46,554 nt of DNA from Theionarchaea archaeon (GTDB lineage Archaea; Methanobacteriota_B; Thermococci; Methanofastidiosales; SZ-28-30). Below are positions 19,252-28,204 of this stretch, in pieces. The stretch is taken from NCBI GenBank assembly GCA_018992565.1, contig JACVGW010000013.1, positions 1 to 46,554 on the forward strand, read 5' to 3'. Within the stretch, counting starts at the first letter, position 1. The number at the start of each line of letters is the position of its first letter. The notes beneath the pieces are model-generated. The model was not told the DNA's origin, searched no databases, and saw only the letters and a program-made list of their open reading frames with translations. Position numbers and translations under genes: made by a program.

Positions 19252-22244
19252 GATTCCACCTCCAGCAGAGTATCTACCATGGTATCAAGCTGCGCATCTG
19301 TATATCCCCTCATCGTAATCGCACCCTGAGGGCAGGTAGCACCACAGGCACCGCACCCCTTGCATAATGCCTCGATTACTCTGGACTTTCCATTTTCATC
19401 TCGTTCTATAGCCTGGTACGGGCACACCTGGATGCACATACCACACCCGGAACACACCTCATCATCTACGTGTGAGGTAATGGGTTCAATAGTCACCCAG
19501 CCTTTCATCATGGGGACAGCTGCCCGAGAAGCAGCACCCACTGCCTGAGCAATGGAATCTGCAATCCCCTTCGGAGAATGGGCAGCCCCACACAGGTACA
19601 CACCATCAGTGGGGAAATCCAGGGGCCTGATCTTGGCATGGGCTTCCATGAAATACCGTCCATCACCCAGGGGTATCTTCAACAGCGTCTTGAGCTGCTC
19701 GGCTGTGGAATCACCTTCAAGTGCTGCATTGAGCACCACCATGTCAGCTGGTAGTTCTACTTCTTCTTTGAGGAAATTATCATACATGATAACAGTGATC
19801 CTTCCATCTTTGATAGTAACCTTTGGTTCCTTATCTTCAGTATAGCGTAAGAATATAACTCCTTTTTTCTGTACATCCTCATAATACTCCTCTTCCTTCT
19901 TTCCAAAAGTTCTCACATCTCTGTACAGGACAAAGACCTTTGCCTTGGGATTATCTTCCTTGAGGATTTTTGCATTCTTCACCGCATTTCCACACCCGAC
20001 ACGGCAGCAGTAGGGTCGCTCCTCGCATCGAGAACCCACACATCCAATAAAGACCACGCTCTTGTAGGGGGGCACTGCCTTTGATTGGAGCATTTTCTCA
20101 AGCTGCAACTCTGTTACAACATGCGGATGCTCTCCATATCCAAACAACCCGTGAGGTTCAACCTCAGTAAACCCAGTGGCAACAACAATTGTACCAAACT
20201 GCACGGTCTTGTCCTTCCCTTTGACTGACAGGACTCCTTCATAGTTCCCTATGTACCCCGATATCTCTTTCAGTGTAGTATTCGTGAACACCTTGACATT
20301 CTGTTCTTCTTTGACCTTCTTCAGCAACGGTTGCAGCACTTTCTTGGCCTCAATATCCGATGGGAACAACCTGTTGACATTCCTGAGATTCCCACCCAGA
20401 GTCCCTTCTTTCTCCACCAGGTACACAAAAATTCCCAGTCTGGCCAGATTCAGAGCAGTCGAGATTCCGGATATCCCTCCTCCAATGACCAGAGCACGCC
20501 GAGCGACTTCGACTTCCATCTCGTGAAGAGGTTCCTGCAATTGTACCTTCTTCACAGCTGACCGTACCAGGTCTTTGGCCTTTTCAGTAGCTCTCTCCCA
20601 GTCTGAAGAATGTACCCAGGAACAGTGATTTCTAATGTTGGCCATTTCAAACAAGTACTTATTCAGTCCTACTTCTGCAAGGGTCTGCTGGAACAAGAAG
20701 GCGTGAGTACGGGGAGAACATGCAGCTACCACCAGTCTGTTCAATCCGTGCTCTTCAACAGCCTTCTTTATTCTCGCCTGAGCATCCTCAGAACAGGCAA
20801 AGGATTCATGCTCGCTGTACACCACATTGGGCAGTTGTTTCGCATACGCAGTGACTTTTTCTACATCGAGGAACCCTGCAATATTCTTCCCGCAGTGGCA
20901 GATAATTACTCCCACTTTGGGCTGGCCTTCGAGGGGTTTCTCTTCTATTTGCTCTGTCTTTTCTGACCGTTCCTTCTTTCTCACATCAATCAAGGCTTTG
21001 CAGGCAGCAGCGCATGCCTGGGCCACAGAATCAGGTATGTCTTTGGGAGCCTGGGAACAGCCTGCCACGTAAATGCCTTCGCGTGAAGTCTCGAAGGGAG
21101 CATACACGACATCTTTTTCTTTCACAAAATTATTTTCATCCAGCTCAATGTCCAGGATTGCTGCCAGGTTCTGGATCTGGGAGGGGATTATTGCAGTGGA
21201 GAGCACTAATAAATCAAATTCTTCTTCTTCAATATCTCCCGTGCAGGTATTCTCATAAATTGCCACGATATTGCCATTCTCTTTCTGGTAGGCTTCTACG
21301 GGACGGCTTCTGATATACGTGACTCCCATGTCCTCTGCCAGATTGTAGTATTCTTCAAACCCTTTTCCGTACGCTCTCAAATCCATATAGAAGATAGTAG
21401 TATCAATTTCTGGGTGATGATCTCTGGTGATCATAGCCTCTTTGGTAGCATACATACAGCACACACGAGAGCAGTATAACCTGTCATAGAGAGGGCTCCT
21501 GGACCCCACACACTGGATCCATCCGATTTTCTGAGGTTTCTTCCCATCAGACGGTCGTACGATCTCACCCTGCGTTGGTCCTGACGCACTGAGCAGCCGT
21601 TCATACTGGAGAGCTGTAATGACATTGGGATACTCCCCGTATCCGTACTTGAGAGTTTGTGGTTCAAGCACTTGGAATCCCGTAGCTACAATGATAGATG
21701 AAACCTCGAATTCCACTTCCTGAGAACGATCCAGAAAGTCTATTGACTGGGCATCACACTGGCGGGCACAGGCCCCGCATCCCACACAGTTATCAATGTC
21801 AATGGTGTACACAGAAGGAACAGCCTGGGGAAACTGTAAAAAGACAGCTTTCCTCATAGATAGGCCACTGTCAAACTCATTGGGCACTTCAACAGGACAG
21901 CAGTCAACGCAGTCTCCACATCCTGTGCACTTCTGAGGATCGATGTACCCTGTGCGTTTCCATACAGTGACTCTGAAGCTTCCTACATCTCCTTCTACTT
22001 TAGCAATCTCTGCATAGGTCATCAAATCAATGTTAGGATGTCTCCCTACTTCTACCATTTTTGGGGCAGCTGTACAGATGGAACAATCATTGGTAGGAAA
22101 AGTCTTGTCAAGCTTGACCATGGATCCACCAATAGACGGCGATCTGTCCAAAAGGACCACCTTAAATCCCTTGTCTGCTACATCGAGAGCAGCCTGCATT
22201 CCACCGATTCCCGCTCCAATAATGAGGACGTCTCGCTTCTGCAT
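19248..22244 (-). CDS. hdrA: Tandem HdrA-family FAD/Fe-S protein (~1000 aa)
   Basis: GAGIGG, LDKTFPTNDCSIC, inserted ferredoxin, CVGSR..CSRVCC, internal CHCG/ACSP/CSWVH domain, second GGGISG FAD domain, C-terminal ferredoxin. Start moved to ATG 22244, which follows a TATA box. Confidence 0.92.
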   Translation of the reverse strand: MQKRDVLIIGAGIGGMQAALDVADKGFKVVLLDRSPSIGGSMVKLDKTFPTNDCSICTAAPKMVEVGRHPNIDLMTYAEIAKVEGDVGSFRVTVWKRTGYIDPQKCTGCGDCVDCCPVEVPNEFDSGLSMRKAVFLQFPQAVPSVYTIDIDNCVGCGACARQCDAQSIDFLDRSQEVEFEVSSIIVATGFQVLEPQTLKYGYGEYPNVITALQYERLLSASGPTQGEIVRPSDGKKPQKIGWIQCVGSRSPLYDRLYCSRVCCMYATKEAMITRDHHPEIDTTIFYMDLRAYGKGFEEYYNLAEDMGVTYIRSRPVEAYQKENGNIVAIYENTCTGDIEEEEFDLLVLSTAIIPSQIQNLAAILDIELDENNFVKEKDVVYAPFETSREGIYVAGCSQAPKDIPDSVAQACAAACKALIDVRKKERSEKTEQIEEKPLEGQPKVGVIICHCGKNIAGFLDVEKVTAYAKQLPNVVYSEHESFACSEDAQARIKKAVEEHGLNRLVVAACSPRTHAFLFQQTLAEVGLNKYLFEMANIRNHCSWVHSSDWERATEKAKDLVRSAVKKVQLQEPLHEMEVEVARRALVIGGGISGISTALNLARLGIFVYLVEKEGTLGGNLRNVNRLFPSDIEAKKVLQPLLKKVKEEQNVKVFTNTTLKEISGYIGNYEGVLSVKGKDKTVQFGTIVVATGFTEVEPHGLFGYGEHPHVVTELQLEKMLQSKAVPPYKSVVFIGCVGSRCEERPYCCRVGCGNAVKNAKILKEDNPKAKVFVLYRDVRTFGKKEEEYYEDVQKKGVIFLRYTEDKEPKVTIKDGRITVIMYDNFLKEEVELPADMVVLNAALEGDSTAEQLKTLLKIPLGDGRYFMEAHAKIRPLDFPTDGVYLCGAAHSPKGIADSIAQAVGAASRAAVPMMKGWVTIEPITSHVDDEVCSGCGMCIQVCPYQAIERDENGKSRVIEALCKGCGACGATCPQGAITMRGYTDAQLDTMVDTLLEVES

Positions 22245-22377
22245 GGCTTGGGGTTTGAAAGTATTTATATAAAGTTTTCCCCCGATTATTAAAGGAACCT
22301 GCAGGTGAATGGGGTTCAAGTTGAAGATTCTTCAGGAAGACAACAATATTTATAAAGTTTTTCTTCTAAGGGGGAGT

Positions 22378-22848
22378 ATGTTCGTCCCGGATGAAACTGA
22401 TCTGAAGATACTGAGTATTCTGCAGGATAATTCACGGACACCCTTCAAGAAGATTGCCAAGAAGGTGGGGGTTTCAGAGGCTACCGTGTACAACAGGATA
22501 AAGAGGATGGAACAGGAAGGGTTCATTGAGAAGTATACGGTGAAGCTGAACCTGGAGAGCTTTGAGAATGCCTGGTTTACTGCGCTGATTCGGGTGCGGT
22601 TGAATTCGGGGAAGTACGTTCCTGAAGTGAGCGATTTTCTGAAAAAGATGCCTTTCGTCCATGCATTATACGATGTGACTGGAGACTATGATTTTGTGTT
22701 ATTGACACGATTTTCTAGCCATAAGGAGCTGTTTGGGTTTATCCGGGAACTGTCAGCCATTGAACACGTGGCGCAGACTAACAGTCACATCGTGATGAAA
22801 GTATTCAAAGAGGATTTTTCCATAAATTTCGATTCATTGGAGAAGTAA
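22378..22848 (+). CDS. Lrp/AsnC family transcriptional regulator
   Basis: DETDLKILSILQDNSR, IAKKVGVSEATVYNRIKRM, VTGDYD. Divergent from hdrA. Confidence 0.93.
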   Translation: MFVPDETDLKILSILQDNSRTPFKKIAKKVGVSEATVYNRIKRMEQEGFIEKYTVKLNLESFENAWFTALIRVRLNSGKYVPEVSDFLKKMPFVHALYDVTGDYDFVLLTRFSSHKELFGFIRELSAIEHVAQTNSHIVMKVFKEDFSINFDSLEK

Positions 22849-22930
22849 TGCAGTACCGTTGTTCTTCACTCCTTTGCGGAAGCAGGGATCTTTCCAAAAA
22901 TAAAAAGAGGAAACCACATGGGCTTCCTGT

Positions 22931-23629
22931 CTATCCAGATAGTGCTTTGTTCACAGCCGCCTCGCAGTGTATGTACGTGGTGTCAAATATGGGGACTGGT
23001 GAGTCCTGCTCTCTTATCAACAACGGTATCTCAGTACATCCCAGAATGACACCTTCAGCACCCTTTGAAACCAATCCTTCTATTATTTCCTTCATTCTTT
23101 GCCGAGAGGACTCCTTTCTTATGCCAAGACACAATTCCTTGAAGATAATTTCATGCACAGTTTGACGTTCATCTTCTTCAGGTGTGACTACCTTGAGCCC
23201 GTATGCGCGCTGCAGCCTTCCTACATAGAAATCTTCTTCCATAGTGAATTTCGTACCCAGCAGCCCCACGGTCTTCATCTTCTTCTCTTTAACCTTCTCT
23301 CCTGTAGCATCTGCGATGTGTATAAGGGGAATGGAAATTGCCTCCAGAACATCATCTGCCATCTTGTGCATGGTATTGGTGCAGATCAGAACAAAATCTG
23401 CTCCACCCTTCTCCAATCGTTTGGCAGCATCTACCATCATATCTGTGGCTTCTTTCCACTGTCCCTGGCGTTGAAGGGTTTCAATTTCAGCGAAATCAAC
23501 GCTGTATAACAATATCCTCGCTGAATGCAGCCCTCCCAGGTCTTCTTTCACCAATTCATTTATGATTCGGTAATATTCTGCTGAAGATTCCCAGCTCATG
23601 CCGCCAATAAGACCAATCACTTTCATCAT
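22931..23629 (-). CDS. Aspartate/glutamate racemase family, YgeA/RacX-like amino-acid racemase
   Basis: IGLIGGMSWES, CTNTMH, GLLGTKFTM, LGCTEI. SD GAGGAG precedes ATG 23629. Confidence 0.9.
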   Translation of the reverse strand: MMKVIGLIGGMSWESSAEYYRIINELVKEDLGGLHSARILLYSVDFAEIETLQRQGQWKEATDMMVDAAKRLEKGGADFVLICTNTMHKMADDVLEAISIPLIHIADATGEKVKEKKMKTVGLLGTKFTMEEDFYVGRLQRAYGLKVVTPEEDERQTVHEIIFKELCLGIRKESSRQRMKEIIEGLVSKGAEGVILGCTEIPLLIREQDSPVPIFDTTYIHCEAAVNKALSG

Positions 23630-23901
23630 ATCATCTCCTCGTTCATGACTTTTCACAGATCGAATCCCGCGCGGAAGAACACTCTCTCCAGTTTTACTTG
23701 CTGACCAGTGGTATCCAGTCCAGCGCAGAACTTCACTCCAGTGAAATTTCAATCACTTCTTTTTGACAGAACAAGAAGAGACACGTTTATAAATTGTCCC
23801 TGACTAGTGCGGATTTCCTGCTCCTCGGTAAGGTACCTCTCATAGTCCAGAGGATGAAACCCTATGGGAAAGTCTCAGAGCCTGTTGATTCACAAACGAT
23901 A

Positions 23902-24822
23902 TCAGTGGACAAACAGCTCAGTGGACATGTACCTCAATGAGCAATCTGGCACCAGGGTCACAATCCTCCCACCATCCATCTTCTCTGCTACCTTCAAGCT
24001 CGCCCACACATTGGCACCCGAAGAGATGCCTGCCAGAATACCCTCTTCTCTTGCCATTCTCTTGCTTATGGCAATGGCATCTTCATCTGTAACATCCACA
24101 ACCTCGTCATACAGGCTCGTGTCAAGAACCTCAGGAATGAATCCTTCTCCTATCCCTTCAATCTTATGAAATCCGGGACATCCTCCTGTGAGAATGGGAG
24201 ATCCTTCAGGTTCTACAATAACAACCCTGCATGTGGGTATCTTCTCCTTGAGAATGGACGCAACTCCAGAGAGAGTTCCTCCTGTACCTGCTGCTGCCAC
24301 AAACACATCTAAATCCCCATCAGTCTGCTCGATTATCTCTTTCCCTGTAGTCTCCCTATGTGCCCTAGGGTTTGCGGGATTGGAAAATTGATCTGGCATG
24401 AATGCATGCGGGGTTGTGGCCACAAGTTCCTTGGCTTTTCCGATGACGCCCTCAATGCCCTCTTCTCTAGGAGTCCTCACAACTTCAGCACCGAGAGCCT
24501 GACAGATGAAGGTCCTCTCTTTACTGACAAACTCAGGCATCACAACAATCATGCGGTATCCCTTGACTGCAGCGACAAGAGACAAAGCGATACCAGTATT
24601 CCCTGTTGTAGGTTCTACAATAGTCGATCCTGGCTTGAGTACCCCCTTACGTTCAGCTTCTTCAATCATGTACAGAGCAATCCTGTCCTTTATGCTGCAG
24701 GTGGGATTGCACGATTCAATCTTGACCAGAATTTCAGCCTTGACTCCAGATGCAATCTTATTCAGACGTACCAGGGGGGTCCACCCTATGAGATCCAGAA
24801 CATTGTCATAGATTTTCTTCAT
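23902..24822 (-). CDS. cysK: Cysteine synthase A family PLP enzyme
   Basis: IGWTPLVRL, SIKDR (PLP Lys), PTTGNTG, GTGGT, HKIEGIG, GISSGAN. Alternative start at 24903. Confidence 0.88.
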   Translation of the reverse strand: MKKIYDNVLDLIGWTPLVRLNKIASGVKAEILVKIESCNPTCSIKDRIALYMIEEAERKGVLKPGSTIVEPTTGNTGIALSLVAAVKGYRMIVVMPEFVSKERTFICQALGAEVVRTPREEGIEGVIGKAKELVATTPHAFMPDQFSNPANPRAHRETTGKEIIEQTDGDLDVFVAAAGTGGTLSGVASILKEKIPTCRVVIVEPEGSPILTGGCPGFHKIEGIGEGFIPEVLDTSLYDEVVDVTDEDAIAISKRMAREEGILAGISSGANVWASLKVAEKMDGGRIVTLVPDCSLRYMSTELFVH

Positions 24823-25008
24823 AATACCAGCCTCGAGATTGCAGGATGAAAGGATGGGTGTGCCTGGTCTTTGACAATCCACACCTATTCCAGACACCTG
24901 CATTCTTTCCCCTTCCTTTAGAAAATAGTATTTAAATAAATATTCTCTAATGTATGTGGCTGGCTGTTTATAAGAAGAACTGTCCATACGTATAATACAT
25001 GTGTGGGA

Positions 25009-25914
25009 TTAGATCTGGTACTTATCAAGTAGTCCCAGGGACTCCAGTTGTGCTTTGAGAACTGAAACTTTCTGTGAGTCAAGCTCCTGCAGAGGTGGCC
25101 GAGGTTTTCCCACCTTCAGCCCCAGCACATTGAGACCCGCCTTGATTACAACAGGGTTAGTTACAGAGTAACAGAGCTGCATTAGTTCAAAATAGCGGAA
25201 TAGAAGATCTCGACAATGAATCACATCTTCAAATGTTTTCCACGGAGAAGAAAGTTCAGCAAATTCTGCGGGGGCTAAATTTCCTGTAATATTTGCAGTT
25301 CCAGATCCGCCAAATCCCATATTTGGCATAATAATGGAAAATTGAGGGGAATCGCAGGTGAGAATATCCACAGAATCACCCACTGCTTTCTTCATCTTGA
25401 GTAGGTGGCTTATGTCGGGAACTGCCTCTTTGAAAGCCACAATGTTGTCGATTTTCGAGAGCGCAATAGCTGTCTCAGTGCTGATGGTAACCCCTACCCT
25501 GGTAGGATTATTATATACAGCGATAGGTATCTTCACTGCTGAAGCCACCTTCTCAAAGAAGGTGTAGATATCCTCCTGAGGAGGCCTGATATATCCCGGG
25601 ACCACCAGCATGGCACCATCTGCACCACACTCATGAGCAGCTCTTGTCATGCACACTGAATCTGCTGTGTTAGACCCTGTGGTTCCAAAAAAAACAGGGA
25701 TTCTCTTCCGAGCATAATCAGTGACACATTCAATGATCTTCTTCTTTTCCTCAATAGTCAGCATGCTGGCTTCTCCTGCTGAACCCAACACCAGGAGCCC
25801 ATCAGTATTGTTTTCTCTATGAAAATCTATGAGCAGGTTGAACCCTTCATAGTTAACGCTGCCATCATCATTGAAGGGGGTGGGTACTGCCACCCAAGAA
25901 CCCGTGACACGCAT
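25009..25914 (-). CDS. dapA: 4-hydroxy-tetrahydrodipicolinate synthase / DapA-family class I aldolase
   Basis: TPF, GSAGE, VPGY, YNNPTR, FKEA (Schiff-base Lys), NPVVIK. Confidence 0.8.
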   Translation of the reverse strand: MRVTGSWVAVPTPFNDDGSVNYEGFNLLIDFHRENNTDGLLVLGSAGEASMLTIEEKKKIIECVTDYARKRIPVFFGTTGSNTADSVCMTRAAHECGADGAMLVVPGYIRPPQEDIYTFFEKVASAVKIPIAVYNNPTRVGVTISTETAIALSKIDNIVAFKEAVPDISHLLKMKKAVGDSVDILTCDSPQFSIIMPNMGFGGSGTANITGNLAPAEFAELSSPWKTFEDVIHCRDLLFRYFELMQLCYSVTNPVVIKAGLNVLGLKVGKPRPPLQELDSQKVSVLKAQLESLGLLDKYQI

Positions 25915-25971
25915 GATATTACCTCTCTTTCTAGTGGTTACACGTATTCATATAAAAGATTAAAGATTATC

Positions 25972-25985
25972 CCTGAATATTCAGG
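25972..25985. promoter_or_regulatory. Palindrome CCTGAATATTCAGG upstream of the dapA TATA box
   Basis: Perfect 14-bp palindrome; 12/14 identical to the palindrome at 37770-37783. Confidence 0.5.
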
Positions 25986-26044
25986 TTCTCATGTTAAAAG
26001 GAATGTTTCCCATGACTCATTTAGGTTCTGTCCATGAATGAATC

Positions 26045-26416
26045 TTACTCGTTTTCAGCCAGTTCATCTGCCTGGCTGCAGCACTTGAACATTTCATCCA
26101 CATCATAGAATATGTTGCTGAAATGCTGCAGTGCGGAATCAAGCTCTTCCTGCCCCTTCTCTGTCAATGTGTATGCCTTGTTCTCATCAGGCTCTATGAG
26201 TCCTTTCTCTCTCAATTCTTTCAGCACGGGGTAGAGAGTCCCCGGGCTGGGCTGGGAACCCCTCCTTTTCTCCAGCTCTCTGCCTATTTCACATCCCTTG
26301 CAGTCACCTCTTGAAATTATCCACAATACTAAGAAGGAGAGAAACCCTTTCATGTCACAGCACTCAGGGGATTTTATATCACCTGATGTTCCCACAAGTA
26401 TCTTCACCTTTTTCAT
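26045..26416 (-). CDS. PadR-family regulator, Cys-rich
   Basis: GFLSFLVL, PSPGTLYPVLKEL, YTLTEKG; CC, CxxC and C-terminal CC. Confidence 0.9.
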   Translation of the reverse strand: MKKVKILVGTSGDIKSPECCDMKGFLSFLVLWIISRGDCKGCEIGRELEKRRGSQPSPGTLYPVLKELREKGLIEPDENKAYTLTEKGQEELDSALQHFSNIFYDVDEMFKCCSQADELAENE

Positions 26417-26420
26417 TACT

Positions 26421-26555
26421 TATTGGTTATCCGATAACTTTATATACCTACCGGTCTATCTCTGTTGGATACCCGATAATTCTTCATGACTATTGAGCTC
26501 TATCGGACAACCGATAAGTTTATATACTCCCACCCTTAGTATCGGATACACGATA
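26421..26555. promoter_or_regulatory. Divergent padR/arsM promoters with four TATCGG-N4-CCGATA operators
   Basis: Sites at 26421, 26463, 26501 (perfect) and 26540; TATA-like TTTATATA at 26439 and 26519. Confidence 0.8.
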
Positions 26556-26566
26556 GAGGTGTTGAT

Positions 26567-27472
26567 ATGAAAGAGAATGAAATCAAGAAAGTCGTACGGA
26601 AAGGCTATGCCAAGGTAGCTAGAAAGCAGACGGGATCATGTTGTCAAGAGACAAATCAGGTTCTGAAAGCCCGGTCAGGATGCTGCGGACCTTCTGCCAC
26701 ACAAAAGGATAAGGCTGAGAGAATTGAGATAGAGACGGCGTGTACAACGAATGTAGAGGAAATCGGAAAGATGCTGGGATATACTGAAGACGATCTTAAA
26801 GGTGTTCCGGAAGGTGCTAACCTGGGTTTGGGGTGCGGAAACCCGGTAGCACTGGCCTCTCTCCGGGAAGGGGAGATAGTACTGGATCTGGGATCGGGTG
26901 CTGGAGTTGACTGCTTCCTGGCAGCAAGAAAGGTCGGTGAAACAGGGAAGGTAATTGGTGTGGACATGACACCTGAGATGATTGATAGAGCACGGGAAAA
27001 TGCAGAAGAATTTGAGTATCGAAATGTAGAGTTCAGGCTTGGTGAAATTGAGCATCTACCCACCGGTGACAGCTCTGTAGACGTGATATTGTCCAACTGT
27101 GTCATCAATTTGTCTGCTGACAAGAAGAGGGTCTTTGAGGAAGCGTATAGAGTGCTCAAGCCAGGGGGAAGGCTGATGGTTTCAGATATGGTGCTGCTGA
27201 AGGAACTTCCGGAAGAAATCAGGAACTCGATGAGCGCATATGTGGCATGTATGGGTGGTGCTGTACTGAAAGATGACTACGTGGAGCTGGTCAAGAATGC
27301 CGGGTTTGTCGATGTTGTTATCGAAAAAGAGACACCAGCTGCAATAGGGGATATAGATACTGACCCCGCGGCAAAAGCCGTTGCTGAAAGATTTTCTCTC
27401 TCACCTGAAAAAGCTGTTGAAGTCCTGCAGTCCATAGTGAGTATTAGCCTGAAGGGCGAAAAACCAGCCTGA
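26567..27472 (+). CDS. arsM: Arsenite S-adenosylmethionine methyltransferase
   Basis: N-terminal CC pairs, LGLGCGNP, LDLGSGAG, SNCVINL, VACMGG. Confidence 0.92.
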   Translation: MKENEIKKVVRKGYAKVARKQTGSCCQETNQVLKARSGCCGPSATQKDKAERIEIETACTTNVEEIGKMLGYTEDDLKGVPEGANLGLGCGNPVALASLREGEIVLDLGSGAGVDCFLAARKVGETGKVIGVDMTPEMIDRARENAEEFEYRNVEFRLGEIEHLPTGDSSVDVILSNCVINLSADKKRVFEEAYRVLKPGGRLMVSDMVLLKELPEEIRNSMSAYVACMGGAVLKDDYVELVKNAGFVDVVIEKETPAAIGDIDTDPAAKAVAERFSLSPEKAVEVLQSIVSISLKGEKPA

Positions 27473-27600
27473 AGTATTCGAATGAGATTTCCCTAGAATT
27501 CCGGAACGTCCCAGGAACCCTTCTGGATTCATCTTTTTTCTTCAATGATTGAATCATTCATGACGAGCGGAAGGTCTTTGTGCCTCTGGAAGACTGAGAA

Positions 27601-28196
27601 TCAAATCACCAGAGCTATTAGACTTACTGCCCCTGCTATAATTGAAATCAAGATCCCAAGAACTCCAATGAATCTATATTTCGCCTCGTTAGCATCTGGA
27701 AGCTGATCTCTCAACGTCTTTGCTTCATCATAGGCTTTCTTGAATTCAATCAAACAGAGCTCCCAATCTTCTATTTTGCCCTTCAGTCTACGACCTTCCA
27801 GCAAATGGTACTGGATCCTTCCGAGATGCGCTCCTAGGGGGTCTCTTTCTGGCAATGAAAAACATGCAAGCCTGTAGAAAATCCGTGGTTTTTCGAGAGT
27901 CTTCAATACGGAATAGAATGATTCAGTGACAAGAATCTCAACGCTTTCTATAGAAGCTCTTCTCAAGTGATCTTCCGCTAGATCAAGACTCTTGAGCTGT
28001 TTTTCCTCTCCCCCCGATTTTCTACAAGAGCAATAGCAATGTGATCCAGAGCGTCTCTCAGCTGAAGAATCTGGGAAAGACTGTACCCCCTGCTCTTGGA
28101 TTCCAGATCGAGAATTCCCAACTTTGCATATTTGTAGGGCTTATCAAGAATCTCAATCAGTCTTTTTACTATTTCGGGATCAAGACCTTCGACCGT
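27601..28196 (-). pseudogene. Frameshifted gene for a helical protein with a C-terminal TM segment
   Basis: ACG-started frame (VEGLDPEIVKRL..QLRDALDHIAIAL) joins EEKQLKSLDLAEDHLRRASIES..TM through a -1 shift near the G run at about 28010-28015. Confidence 0.55.
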
Positions 28197-28204
28197 CTAT
28201 TTCC

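Noticed and set aside
890..22244. Selenocysteine or pyrrolysine recoding in the Frh/Hdr genes or at the TAG of the 28-aa ORF
   Set aside because: The redox ORFs are complete with Cys codons and have no in-frame TGA. Read-through of the small ORF gives only a short T-rich tail.
26421..26555. ~40-nt periodic repeats as a mini-CRISPR
   Set aside because: The repeats are 16-nt degenerate palindromes around TATA boxes, there are no cas genes, and operators explain them better.
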